From Lysobacterales bacterium (lineage in GTDB: Bacteria > Pseudomonadota > Gammaproteobacteria > Xanthomonadales > SZUA-38), in contig JBGCET010000010.1 of assembly GCA_045106555.1 (NCBI GenBank), positions 21,773 to 85,772 on the forward strand: a stretch of DNA of 64,000 bases, written 5' to 3'. A model generated the notes under the pieces. The model saw nothing but the letters and a program-made list of their open reading frames with translations, was not told the origin of the DNA and ran no database searches. Position numbers and translations under genes: made by a program. Shown piece after piece: positions 1 through 9,362 of this stretch (position 1 is its first letter; each line of letters begins with the position of its first letter).

Positions 1-447
1 ATCGAACTGATGATCGTTGTCGCAATCATCGGTATTCTGGCGGCCATCGCCATTCCGGCTTACCGGGATTTCCAGGTTCGCTCCAAGTTCTCTGAAGTTC
101 TGGCCACCATGGGTGCCTGTAAGACCACCATGGGTGAGTTTTATGAGTCCAATAACGGCTGGGTTACACGCAACGGTGCCGGCGTAGCGATCGACCCAGA
201 GATTTGTGGTGCTGCAGCGGGCAACCTGTCTCAGTACGTAGACACACTGCTGGTTGCTAACCCTCCTCTGATGAGAGCGGTTTCCCAGAATACTGGTCGT
301 GTTGAAGGCGGCGATATCGTAGAAATGCGAGCAGCTGGCCCAGCCGGAGCTGCTCTTGCTGCGGGCGCAGCCATTCACCAGTGGGTTTGCGGCGGTGACG
401 GCACCGACGTTGCGGCAAAGTACCTGCCGGGTTCTTGCCAGGGTTAA
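1..447 (+). CDS. type IV major pilin (PilA-like), 5' end cut by window edge
   Basis: Frame 1 reads IELMIVVAIIGILAAIAIPAYRDF from nt 1, the conserved hydrophobic N-terminal helix of type IVa pilins. The prepilin cleavage site lies just left of the window. Four Cys, including a C-terminal WVCGG...GSCQG loop. Followed by a hairpin plus T-run. Confidence 0.85.
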   Translation: MELMIVVAIIGILAAIAIPAYRDFQVRSKFSEVLATMGACKTTMGEFYESNNGWVTRNGAGVAIDPEICGAAAGNLSQYVDTLLVANPPLMRAVSQNTGRVEGGDIVEMRAAGPAGAALAAGAAIHQWVCGGDGTDVAAKYLPGSCQG

Positions 448-477
448 TTTGGCAACCTTATGCCAGCATACTCGAGG

Positions 478-508
478 GGCCGTCTCTGATGACGGCCTTT
501 CGTTTTTT
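478..508 (+). terminator. rho-independent terminator after pilin 1
   Basis: Stem GGCCGTC (478-484), loop TCTGAT, stem GACGGCC (491-497), then TTTCGTTTTTT. Confidence 0.7.
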
Positions 509-568
509 CGGCATCAGAAAGACATTGAACAACAGAGAATCAACTTGGAAAGAGACGAGGAAGCAGCC

Positions 569-1036
569 ATGAAGCTTAGCCGTGAAAAAGGATTTACGTT
601 GATTGAGCTAATGATTGTTGTCGCCATCGTCGGAGTACTGGCCGCTATTGCCATTCCGTCCTACCGAGATTTCACCATAAGAGCTAGGTTGTCCGAAGTG
701 ATTGGCAGCATGAGCGCATGCAAGCTATCTGCAGTGGATTTTTATCTCACCAACAGTGGCTGGAATCAGGAAAACACGAACATACCAGTCTCCAACTTTG
801 GTCTTTGTGATAACGCTCAAGGATCCAGACAGGTTGCCCCCAACGGAATCACCATTAGCGCTGTCGGCGTTATTTCGGCCGTAACCCAAGATATGGGGAG
901 TGGCGTCGCAGACGGTACCGTACTCACCATGCGGCCGGTTCTACAGGGGGCAAACATCACAACATGGGTTTGTGGCGATGCAGCAGACGGGACCACGTTC
1001 CTGCCTCGATATCGACCGGGATCATGCCAAGGTTAA
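569..1036 (+). CDS. type IV major pilin paralog with complete prepilin leader
   Basis: ATG at 569 gives MKLSREKG|FTLIELMIVVAIVGVLAAIAIPSYRDF, a class III signal peptide with G-F cleavage and E at +5. Four Cys and the same C-terminal WVCG...GSCQG ending as pilin 1. The longer ORF-track start at 356 overlaps the terminator and is unlikely. Confidence 0.9.
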   Translation: MKLSREKGFTLIELMIVVAIVGVLAAIAIPSYRDFTIRARLSEVIGSMSACKLSAVDFYLTNSGWNQENTNIPVSNFGLCDNAQGSRQVAPNGITISAVGVISAVTQDMGSGVADGTVLTMRPVLQGANITTWVCGDAADGTTFLPRYRPGSCQG

Positions 1037-1172
1037 GATGCGGAAAGCCATCCAGGCTTGCGTTTTTTGAACACAAACTCACCACGCCAGTTGACGTCAC
1101 ACCTTACTTTCCACGCCATCTGATAGTAGTCTTAGGAACTTGACGGAATCTGTTGATTAAAAAGGGAGACTT

Positions 1173-2903
1173 ATGGCTGCCTCTGGAGCCTCAACCATAG
1201 CGCTGAGCGGACTCGCCAGAAGACTCGTGGCCGACGAGTTGATCTCAGGCAACGCTGCGGCGGAAGCTCAGGAAAACGCAGTTTCAAAAAAACTGCCGTT
1301 TGTCTCCTACCTGGTTGAAAATGCCCTCGTAAACTCCAGTGATGTGGCCAGAGTGGCGTCGGAGGAATTTGGCGTCCCCGTATTCGACATCATGAGCTTG
1401 GATCTGACTCAAGCGCCGATCAAGCTGGTGTCTGAAAACCTGATTAACAAACACCGCGCCCTGCCGCTGTTCAAACGCGGCAATCGGATGTATGTGGGCG
1501 TGTCCGACCCCACCAACTTGCGCGCACTGGACGAAATCAAATTTCACGCCAATCTGGCCGTCGAAGCCATCCTGGTTCGAGACGACGAGCTGGGTCTGGC
1601 CATCGACAACGCGCTGACCGCGGCCGACGATATGATGGACGGCCTCGGTGATGACGACGACGAAGGCCTGGACGATGTAGATTTTGCCGACACGGCAGAC
1701 ATGGAACATGACGATGGCGGCGGCGTAGAGGCCGGCGGTGCTGACGACACGCCAGTAGTTCGGTTTATTAACAAGGTCCTGCTGGACGCCATCAAACGCG
1801 GCGCATCGGATGTTCACTTCGAACCTTATGAAAAGCGTTATCGGGTGCGTTTCAGAATGGACGGTGTGCTAAAACAAATGGCATCCCCTCCGGTGAAAAT
1901 GACGCCGCGACTCGCGGCACGCCTGAAAGTCATGTCGAGCCTGGACATTGCCGAAAAACGCGTTCCCCAAGATGGCCGGATCAAACTCAACATTTCCAAG
2001 ACCCGTTCCATCGATTTCCGGGTCAGCACCTGCCCAACGCTTTTCGGCGAAAAGATTGTGTTACGAATCCTGGACGCGTCCGCTGCCAAAATGGGCATTG
2101 ATAAACTGGGGTACGAAGAGAAACAGAAAGAACTCTTTATTGATGCCATCCACAAGCCCTACGGCATGGTCTTGGTCACTGGCCCCACAGGCAGTGGAAA
2201 AACCGTATCACTCTACACAGCGCTAAACATTTTAAACACCGAAGGACGTAATATTTCAACCGCAGAAGACCCGGTGGAAATTCGCGTTTCCGGCATTAAT
2301 CAGGTGCAACAGAACACCAAGCAGGGCATGACCTTTGCCACCGCGCTGCGATCGTTTCTTCGCCAAGACCCGGACATCATCATGGTGGGAGAAATTCGTG
2401 ACCTGGAAACGGCGGAAATTGCCATCAAAGCGGCGCAAACCGGTCACATGGTGCTGTCCACGCTGCATACCAACGACGCCCCCCAAACCATTGCTCGCCT
2501 GATGAACATGGGCATCGCTCCGTTCAACATTACGTCCTCTGTTACTCTGGTGATTGCCCAGCGACTTGCCAGACGACTGCATGACTGTAAACAGCCGGCA
2601 GAAATCCCCGCTGAGGCCTTGTTGGCTGAGGGATTTACTCAGGAAGAATTAGAGGACTTGACCATCATGGAGCCTATCGGTTGCAACAGTTGCAACGAGG
2701 GTTACAAAGGCCGGGTAGGTCTTTACCAAGTGATGCCTGTAACGGACTCTATCCAACGCATCATTCTCGCTGGCGGAAATGCCATGCAAATTGCCGACCA
2801 GGCCCTGGAAGATGGCATCAACGACCTGCGCGCCTCAGCATTAAACAAAGTTCGCGAGGGCCTGACCGGACTCGTCGAAATCAACCGAGTCACTAAGGAC
2901 TAA
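1173..2903 (+). CDS. pilB: type IV pilus assembly ATPase PilB
   Basis: 576 aa with a GspE/PilB architecture. Walker A GPTGSGKT, the tetracysteine-like CNSC..GYKGR motif, and an acidic linker after the N-terminal GSPII-type domain. Sits directly upstream of pilC and pilD. Confidence 0.95.
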   Translation: MAASGASTIALSGLARRLVADELISGNAAAEAQENAVSKKLPFVSYLVENALVNSSDVARVASEEFGVPVFDIMSLDLTQAPIKLVSENLINKHRALPLFKRGNRMYVGVSDPTNLRALDEIKFHANLAVEAILVRDDELGLAIDNALTAADDMMDGLGDDDDEGLDDVDFADTADMEHDDGGGVEAGGADDTPVVRFINKVLLDAIKRGASDVHFEPYEKRYRVRFRMDGVLKQMASPPVKMTPRLAARLKVMSSLDIAEKRVPQDGRIKLNISKTRSIDFRVSTCPTLFGEKIVLRILDASAAKMGIDKLGYEEKQKELFIDAIHKPYGMVLVTGPTGSGKTVSLYTALNILNTEGRNISTAEDPVEIRVSGINQVQQNTKQGMTFATALRSFLRQDPDIIMVGEIRDLETAEIAIKAAQTGHMVLSTLHTNDAPQTIARLMNMGIAPFNITSSVTLVIAQRLARRLHDCKQPAEIPAEALLAEGFTQEELEDLTIMEPIGCNSCNEGYKGRVGLYQVMPVTDSIQRIILAGGNAMQIADQALEDGINDLRASALNKVREGLTGLVEINRVTKD

Positions 2904-2906
2904 ACC

Positions 2907-4127
2907 ATGGCCACGAAAGCAGCCGATTTACCCATCTTTAACTGGGAAGGTACCGACAAACGCGGTGCCAAAATTAAGGGCGAGCAGTCTGCCAAGAACG
3001 TAAACTTGGTGAAAGCCGATCTCAGGCGGCAAGGGATAAACCCCACTAAGGTCCGAAAGAAATCCAAACCGCTTTTGGGTGGTGCCGGGTCACCCATCAA
3101 ACCGCAGGAAATCGCCATATTTTCCCGCCAATTGGCAACCATGATGCAAGCAGGCGTTCCGCTGGTACAAGGTTTCGATATCGTAGCGGGCGGGCAGTCA
3201 AATCCACGCATGCGCGATATGCTTGTTGATATCAAGAACAATATTGAGGCGGGCTCTACGCTCAGTGAGTCACTGGGTAAACACCCCGTCCAGTTTGATG
3301 AGCTATATGTCAATCTGGTTGCCGCGGGCGAACAGGCAGGTGTACTCGATACCCTTCTGGACGAAATCGCCACCTACAAAGAACGCACCGAGGAAATTAA
3401 GGCAAAGATCAAAAAAGCGATGTTTTACCCAACAGCCGTCATCGGTGTTGCCATGATTGTTACCCTGATCCTTCTGGTATTCGTTGTGCCGCAATTTCAG
3501 GGGATTTTTGAAGATGCCGGAGCGGACTTACCCGCATTCACGCAGATGATTATCAACATCTCCAACTGGCTGCAGGAAAGCGGATGGATATTAGGCGTGG
3601 GGTTCGCGGTGACGGTCGGAACGATAATTTTCTTCAAGAAACGCTCTCGGCCGTTCAATCACTTCCTCGACCGCCTGGTATTAAAATTACCGGTCATCGG
3701 AAGCATCATGCACAACTCGGCCATTGCCCGGTTTGCCCGAACCCTGGCCACCACTTTCGCGGCCGGTGTGCCCTTGGTTGATGCGCTGGAAACCGTCTCT
3801 GGCGCAACCGGTAACTCTGTCTATGGGAACGCCGTAAAACGCATCAAGGACGACGTATCTGTAGGCCATCAGTTACAGCTGGCGATGCGTCAGGTCGACC
3901 TCTTCCCGCACATGGTCATTCAAATGACGGCCATTGGCGAAGAGTCTGGCGCCCTGGACCAAATGCTGTCCAAAGTGGCGGATTTCTATGAGGCAGAGGT
4001 GAGCAACGCGGTTGATGCTCTCAGCAGCCTGCTGGAACCTCTGATTATGGTCATCATTGGCGGCTTGGTGGGTAGCCTGGTTGTGGGCATGTATCTGCCG
4101 ATCTTCAAACTGGCGGCAACCGTCTGA
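2907..4127 (+). CDS. pilC: type IV pilus platform protein PilC (GspF family)
   Basis: 406 aa with a duplicated GspF-type domain, polytopic membrane segments and a C-terminal GMYLPIF motif. Position is between pilB and pilD. Confidence 0.95.
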   Translation: MATKAADLPIFNWEGTDKRGAKIKGEQSAKNVNLVKADLRRQGINPTKVRKKSKPLLGGAGSPIKPQEIAIFSRQLATMMQAGVPLVQGFDIVAGGQSNPRMRDMLVDIKNNIEAGSTLSESLGKHPVQFDELYVNLVAAGEQAGVLDTLLDEIATYKERTEEIKAKIKKAMFYPTAVIGVAMIVTLILLVFVVPQFQGIFEDAGADLPAFTQMIINISNWLQESGWILGVGFAVTVGTIIFFKKRSRPFNHFLDRLVLKLPVIGSIMHNSAIARFARTLATTFAAGVPLVDALETVSGATGNSVYGNAVKRIKDDVSVGHQLQLAMRQVDLFPHMVIQMTAIGEESGALDQMLSKVADFYEAEVSNAVDALSSLLEPLIMVIIGGLVGSLVVGMYLPIFKLAATV

Positions 4128-4169
4128 TCAACCACAGCGACTCCCTGGGGGGTCGCTCGGAAACCGCCG

Positions 4170-5036
4170 ATGATTGAATTGCTTCAATCCAGCCCAGCGC
4201 TTTGGACAGGAGTCGTTTTTGTTTACTCTCTGCTCATAGGAAGCTTTCTAAACGTGGTCATACTCCGCCTGCCGGCAAAGATGGAGCATGAATGGAAGGC
4301 ACAGGCCCGCGAGCTGCTAGAGGTAGCGCCGACTGATCAGGCGCAACCTGGTGGCCTGGTGTTGGACCGCTCCGCCTGTCCGAAATGTGGCACACAGTTG
4401 CGCTGGTTCCATAACATTCCGGTGGTTAGCTACCTGGTGTTGCGTGGCAAATGTTCCCAATGCGATAAAAAGATCTCACTCCAGTATCCAGCGGTGGAAC
4501 TGCTAACCGCAGCGGCGAGCGCCATCGTTGCACTGAAGTTCGGGATGGACTGGGCGGTGTTGCCTGCACTGGTACTGACCTGGACGCTGATCGCCTTAAG
4601 CGGCATCGATATTCGCCATCAGCTGTTGCCGGACAGCATGACCTATCCGCTGCTTTGGCTGGGACTGTTGCTCAGCACGAAATCCGTTTTCGTCTCCCCG
4701 GTGGACGCCATTATTGGCGCGTCGGTGGGATATTTAAGCCTGTGGACCGTCTACCATCTGTTTCGCCTGATTACCGGCAAAGAAGGCATGGGTTACGGCG
4801 ACTTCAAGCTTCTAGCGGTGTTCGGTGCATGGCTTGGATGGCAATCCATTCCGCTGGTGATCATTTTATCCTCGCTGGTCGGCGCGATCGTCGGAATCGC
4901 AATGATTGTCGTAGCCGGGCGCGATAAGAGCCTGCCGATGCCGTTCGGCCCATTTATCGCCGCCGCCGGCTGGATCGCTTTACTGTGGGGCAATCAGTTG
5001 ACTGACATGTACCTGACGTTTAGTGGATTGAACTGA
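4170..5036 (+). CDS. pilD: prepilin peptidase / N-methyltransferase PilD
   Basis: 288 aa. Zinc-binding CPKC...CSQC pairs in the cytoplasmic methyltransferase loop, the A24 peptidase motif GMGYGDFKL, and multiple TM helices. Confidence 0.95.
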   Translation: MIELLQSSPALWTGVVFVYSLLIGSFLNVVILRLPAKMEHEWKAQARELLEVAPTDQAQPGGLVLDRSACPKCGTQLRWFHNIPVVSYLVLRGKCSQCDKKISLQYPAVELLTAAASAIVALKFGMDWAVLPALVLTWTLIALSGIDIRHQLLPDSMTYPLLWLGLLLSTKSVFVSPVDAIIGASVGYLSLWTVYHLFRLITGKEGMGYGDFKLLAVFGAWLGWQSIPLVIILSSLVGAIVGIAMIVVAGRDKSLPMPFGPFIAAAGWIALLWGNQLTDMYLTFSGLN

Positions 5037-5113
5037 TCTGTGGCTTCACACCAACAACAGTTTTGAGATAATTTCCAGGGAACCTAATCAAGGACAATAG
5101 GAGCTTTAGTGAC

Positions 5114-5857
5114 ATGACTCGGTGGAAGGCAGCAGGTATACATCTGGTTATCAGTATTATCGTCGCGATTGGCGCAATGATTTTGATGGTCGGCGTCATG
5201 TATCCGTGGGAGTTCTTTACTGTCAGCGGTGGACACAAACTCCTGGCCATTATGTTGTTTGTGGATATTGTCATCGGCCCCTTACTCACGCTTGTGGTGT
5301 TTAAGACCGGAAAGAAGAGCTTGAAAATGGATCTGACGGTCATCGCTTTGCTCCAGGTGGCCGCATTGGTTTATGGGATGTGGAACGTCGTTCAGGCAAG
5401 GCCCGTGTTCTTGGTCCATGTTGGAGATCGTTTTTATCTTGTTAGAGCCACCGAAATAACGCCGGAGGAGTTGGCTAAAGGTAAAGAACCTCGCTTTCGA
5501 CGACTGTCTTGGACCGGCCCGACACTGGCGGTAGCCCTGCAGCCCAAAAATGTCGACCGTCAGGGCGACCTGATTGCTTCTGCCCTGGGAGGCAGAGACT
5601 TTGACCAGTACCCGGAAACCTATGCTGATTACAAAGAGAATGCCGCCACGGTGTTGGACCGCGTTCTGAACACCGAAGAGGTGCTGGCGAAACTGCCGGA
5701 GGAAACCCAGGCGATCAAACGATACCTGGAAAGTAATAACCTTGAGAGCTCACAGACACGCATCATTCCACTCAAGGTGGGCGTCACTTACCTTAGCGCG
5801 TTGGTAGACGCCCAATCTGCCGAAATACTCAAGATCTTTCCCGTTGATCCCTGGTAA
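5114..5857 (+). CDS. membrane protein resembling the TfpX/TfpZ (FimB-like) type IV pilin accessory family
   Basis: 247 aa. N-terminus MTRWKAAGIHLVISIIVA plus a second TM with IGPLLTLVVFKTGKKSLKMDL, then a soluble domain ending in VDPW. This pattern matches my memory of pilin accessory proteins encoded next to pilA in Pseudomonas and Dichelobacter. Not verified by search. Confidence 0.5.
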   Translation: MTRWKAAGIHLVISIIVAIGAMILMVGVMYPWEFFTVSGGHKLLAIMLFVDIVIGPLLTLVVFKTGKKSLKMDLTVIALLQVAALVYGMWNVVQARPVFLVHVGDRFYLVRATEITPEELAKGKEPRFRRLSWTGPTLAVALQPKNVDRQGDLIASALGGRDFDQYPETYADYKENAATVLDRVLNTEEVLAKLPEETQAIKRYLESNNLESSQTRIIPLKVGVTYLSALVDAQSAEILKIFPVDPW

Positions 5858-6473
5858 CGAACACCAAGGTGCCGGTTATACCGTTGGCTTGACCGGCGGC
5901 ATCGCCTCGGGCAAAAGTACCGCCGCGGAGTTTTTCGCCCAGTTGGGCATCAACGTGATTGATACCGATCAAATCGCGCGTCAGGTTGTTGGATTGGGGA
6001 CCAGCGGCCTATCGAGCATCCGCAAGGAATTTGGCTCGACGGTGATCAATGAGAACGGAGAACTTGACCGAAAAGCCATGGGTGCAGTGGTTTTCGCAGA
6101 TGCCAACGCACGCCAGGCTCTGGAGTCCATTGTTCACCCCCTGATCTGGCAAGAGGTAACGCGACTGCAAGCCATCAGCAATAGCGTTTACTGCGTCATC
6201 GATGTTCCACTGCTGGTGGAGTCTGGCCGCCTCCAGCAGTACGATCGAATCGTTGTTGTTGATATATCTCCCGCGGTTCAGCGCTCTCGCCTGCAGGCGC
6301 GGGATGATCGCAGTGATCAGGAAATTGACCAAATCCTTGCCGCGCAGGCGAGCCGCGAGCAACGACTGGCCGTGGCTGACGATGTACTGGACAATAACCT
6401 TACAAAAGCAAACCTCCTCAGTCAGGTTGAGGCACTGGATAAAAAACTGCGTACATTAGCCACCCAACGGTAG
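5844..6473 (+). CDS. coaE: dephospho-CoA kinase
   Basis: P-loop GLTGGIASGKST near the N-terminus, about 200 aa, in the conserved pilD-coaE position. The track start is a TTG that overlaps the upstream gene by 14 nt, so the exact start is uncertain. Confidence 0.9.
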   Translation: MIPGNEHQGAGYTVGLTGGIASGKSTAAEFFAQLGINVIDTDQIARQVVGLGTSGLSSIRKEFGSTVINENGELDRKAMGAVVFADANARQALESIVHPLIWQEVTRLQAISNSVYCVIDVPLLVESGRLQQYDRIVVVDISPAVQRSRLQARDDRSDQEIDQILAAQASREQRLAVADDVLDNNLTKANLLSQVEALDKKLRTLATQR

Positions 6474-6687
6474 TATGTGGCGTACACGCAGCACTAAAGC
6501 CTAAACCTCCACTGCACGCCATACCGGGCGGCGCCAGAAAACCTGTATTGGCCCGTTATTTCTGTTATTGTCGCGCCCCTGATTGACCCGCAATCAACGC
6601 AATTTCGCATCCGACACAGGCTGATCGGTTACTGCGCTTGCTTTAACAGCCAGCCTGAACCCCAAAGTGACCGCAGGACAAACCACC

Positions 6688-7962
6688 ATGCAATTTGATC
6701 AACTTGGTCTCGCGCCAGAACTGCTGCGAGCCGTCAGCGACCAGGGCTATACCACAGCAACCCCGGTCCAGAGCCAAGCCATCCCGGCGATTTTGCAGGG
6801 CAGCGACATGCTCGCGGCGGCCCAAACGGGTACCGGAAAAACGGCCGGCTTTACGCTTCCCATGCTGCAAAGGTTGGTTTGCGATCGCAACGCCAATGGT
6901 AAGGTGTCCGGGCTCATCTTGACCCCAACTCGCGAACTTGCGGCTCAAGTTCATCAATCGGTTAAAGACTACGGCCAGCACCTGAATTTTCGTTCAGTGG
7001 AAATTTTCGGCGGCGTCAGCATTCGGCCTCAACAGACCCAAATGCGCCGAGGAATGGACATAGTGGTAGCCACCCCCGGTCGCCTGCTTGATCACATGCA
7101 GCAGCGCACAATCAACTTGGCCGATTTAAAAATGTTGGTGTTGGACGAAGCCGACCGCATGCTGGATATGGGTTTTATCCATGATATTCGGCGCATCGTA
7201 AAAGCGGCGCCGGCCAAACGGCAGACGCTGATGTTCTCGGCCACATTTTCCAAAGATATTCGCAAGCTGGCCAAAGATTTTCTGGTCAACCCGGTTGAGG
7301 TTCAGGTCGCGGCAAGCAATTCCACCGCCGAACGTGTAACTCAACGTGTGTATCCGGTAGACAAGGGTCGGAAGCGCGAGCTGCTGTCGGAACTCATCGG
7401 CCAGGGAAACTGGCAACAAGTTCTGGTCTTTACTCGCACCAAACACGGTGCCAATCGGCTCGCAAAACAGCTGGGCATTGATGGCATTGAAGCCATGGCG
7501 ATTCACGGCAACAAGAGCCAAGGCGCCCGAACCCGAGCTCTGGCTGACTTTAAGTCAGGCGCTGTCCGGGTGCTGGTAGCCACCGATATTGCCGCTCGGG
7601 GGCTGGATATTGAAAAGCTGCCCCATGTCGTGAACTATGAATTACCCATGGCGGCCGAGGACTATGTCCACAGGATCGGCCGAACCGCACGCGCGGGTCA
7701 GCAGGGCGAAGCTATATCGCTTTATTGCATCGACGAAGAACGCCATCTGCGAGATATTGAAAGGCTGCTGAAATCCCCACTGGACCGGGTTATCAGACCA
7801 GGGTTTGAAGTGGACCCGTCCATAAAGGCTCAACCGCCGGCCAAGCCTGGTCAGGGTCGGAGAAAATCATCCTCAGGCCCATCACGAGGGCGCGGAAAAG
7901 CCAAGCACCGCGGGCCCTCAGGCCGAGGGTCAAACCAACGAACACGAAGAAAACAGGCATAA
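6688..7962 (+). CDS. rhlE: ATP-dependent DEAD-box RNA helicase (RhlE-like)
   Basis: Q-motif region FDQLGL...GYTTATPVQ, motif I AQTGTGKT, motif II DEAD (VLDEADRM), [11 protein letters not shown], and a basic R/G/K-rich C-terminal tail. The ATG at 6688 is preferred over the GTG at 6667. Confidence 0.9.
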   Translation: MQFDQLGLAPELLRAVSDQGYTTATPVQSQAIPAILQGSDMLAAAQTGTGKTAGFTLPMLQRLVCDRNANGKVSGLILTPTRELAAQVHQSVKDYGQHLNFRSVEIFGGVSIRPQQTQMRRGMDIVVATPGRLLDHMQQRTINLADLKMLVLDEADRMLDMGFIHDIRRIVKAAPAKRQTLMFSATFSKDIRKLAKDFLVNPVEVQVAASNSTAERVTQRVYPVDKGRKRELLSELIGQGNWQQVLVFTRTKHGANRLAKQLGIDGIEAMAIHGNKSQGARTRALADFKSGAVRVLVATDIAARGLDIEKLPHVVNYELPMAAEDYVHRIGRTARAGQQGEAISLYCIDEERHLRDIERLLKSPLDRVIRPGFEVDPSIKAQPPAKPGQGRRKSSSGPSRGRGKAKHRGPSGRGSNQRTRRKQA

Positions 7963-7964
7963 AT

Positions 7965-7983
7965 CTGCGGCGGGAAACCGCAG
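7965..7983 (+). terminator. weak hairpin after rhlE
   Basis: CTGCGG-cgggaaa-CCGCAG lies 3 nt after the stop codon, with no U-tract. Confidence 0.3.
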
Positions 7984-8052
7984 TCGTCAGGATGATCAAT
8001 GCGATGGCGTCGAGTGAAATGCTGGGCTCAACTGAGATAGGTTCCAAGGTGG

Positions 8053-8091
8053 GTCAATCGACTTTGACACCATTGTCAATCTGGATTGACA
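8053..8091. promoter_or_regulatory. two adjacent palindromic operator-like sites in an AT-rich intergenic region
   Basis: TGTCAAT-ctgg-ATTGACA (8074-8091) is a perfect 7-4-7 palindrome. GTCAA-tcgact-TTGAC (8053-8068) is a 5-6-5 palindrome with the same half-site. Both sit about 200 bp upstream of the B12-domain gene. Confidence 0.35.
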
Positions 8092-8292
8092 GATAAAAAT
8101 GTAAGTTCGGGGATTTTTTATGAAGGCTTTATCTGAAAGGCCCCAATAAACCCTAAGAAACTGCTGTAGTTGTTGGACCTAACGGAAATTGGGTCACAGC
8201 CGGCTCAAATAATCGCCTTTTTTCCCTATTTTTTATTAGATATGAGCGTCACGTTTTCTCGAGGCATTGCGAAGAAAAAAGCTTAGGTGTAA

Positions 8293-9267
8293 ATGTTGAC
8301 TGACACCGGTCATTTAGCCATGATGCTAGTCAGAGGGGACAACAACAAGCAACGTCAGGGATTAGGACTGGCCTGCAGCGCTAGTAAGTTGCGCAAGTCG
8401 GACCTCTCTCGGGGAAACATTTTGCCGCTAGACACTTCAACGGTCCATGAGCCACTCGATCGAGACGCTTTCGCCCGAGCGCTCACCGTAAACGTTTCCC
8501 AGCAACAAAAGCTTTCTTCGGATGCACTCAGCACCCTTGCCCAAGAAGTCATAGAACGGCTATCCAGCAGGCTTGTGGCCGAAACGCCGCTGGAAGGTCA
8601 GCCCGATCCCGCGGAGCTGAATCGATTTTGTGATGCACTGATTGGCGAGGACGATACGGCTGCCGCCGACGTCGTGATGCAGGCCAGAATCGATGGAACG
8701 CCCATGGACGTCATCTACCTGGGTTATCTCGCAGGGGCCGCACGCCAGCTGGGCGAGCGCTGGGAATACGACCAAACCACTTTCATGGACATGACTCTGG
8801 CCGCCGGCAGAATTTACGCGATCATGCGCGGTCTGCGCAGAGTTTTTACGCTGCCTGCGCCGAATACTCGTCGCCATGCTCTCTTTGCGGGTTTGCCGGG
8901 GGACGATCACACGTTGGGCGTGGCCATGGCGGCAGACATGTTTCGTCAGAAAGGCTGGGATATTCAGCATGAAGCCCACCAGACCCACGATGAACTGGTA
9001 GAGTCGATCAAGAACAGCGATCACGCCATCATCGGGCTATCCGCCAGCCGACCCGATTTACTGGTGCCCTTGGCACGACTGGTAGTGGCGGTTCGCATCG
9101 CAAAGCCTCACGGTTTTGTGATGATTAGCGGACACATCACCGAAATGGAGCCCGATGTGGTCAATCTGGTCGATGGCGACAGTTTTGCCACCAGTGTTCC
9201 TGCCGCCTTGGCCCAGCTGGAACAGCTGATTGCCGATCAGCAACAGTTCGCAAAGAGTGTCTCCTAA
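8293..9267 (+). CDS. cobalamin (B12)-binding domain protein without a recognisable DNA-binding domain
   Basis: The C-terminal half has the B12-binding Rossmann signature LPGDDHTLG (DxHxxG), then IIGLSAS (SxL-like) and a downstream G. It is preceded by a helical cap-like region (LIGEDDTAAADVV...LGERWEYDQTTFMDMTLAAGRIY). The N-terminal ~70 aa are unassigned and the start codon is uncertain. Confidence 0.65.
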   Translation: MLTDTGHLAMMLVRGDNNKQRQGLGLACSASKLRKSDLSRGNILPLDTSTVHEPLDRDAFARALTVNVSQQQKLSSDALSTLAQEVIERLSSRLVAETPLEGQPDPAELNRFCDALIGEDDTAAADVVMQARIDGTPMDVIYLGYLAGAARQLGERWEYDQTTFMDMTLAAGRIYAIMRGLRRVFTLPAPNTRRHALFAGLPGDDHTLGVAMAADMFRQKGWDIQHEAHQTHDELVESIKNSDHAIIGLSASRPDLLVPLARLVVAVRIAKPHGFVMISGHITEMEPDVVNLVDGDSFATSVPAALAQLEQLIADQQQFAKSVS

Positions 9268-9362
9268 ACCACGCTGAGTTGAGTGACTTTGGACGGTTGC
9301 ATGTTCGTGTATATAACCCCGCCCGTGGGTTAAACTTCGGTTGCATGTTTCGGAGTAATGCC

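Noticed and set aside
455-470. Sigma54-like TGGCA-N-TGC motif (TTGGCAACCTTATGCC) just after the pilin 1 stop.
   Set aside because: The GG-to-GC spacing is 9 nt rather than 10, and the motif lies upstream of the pilin 1 terminator hairpin. That is an implausible position for the pilin 2 promoter.
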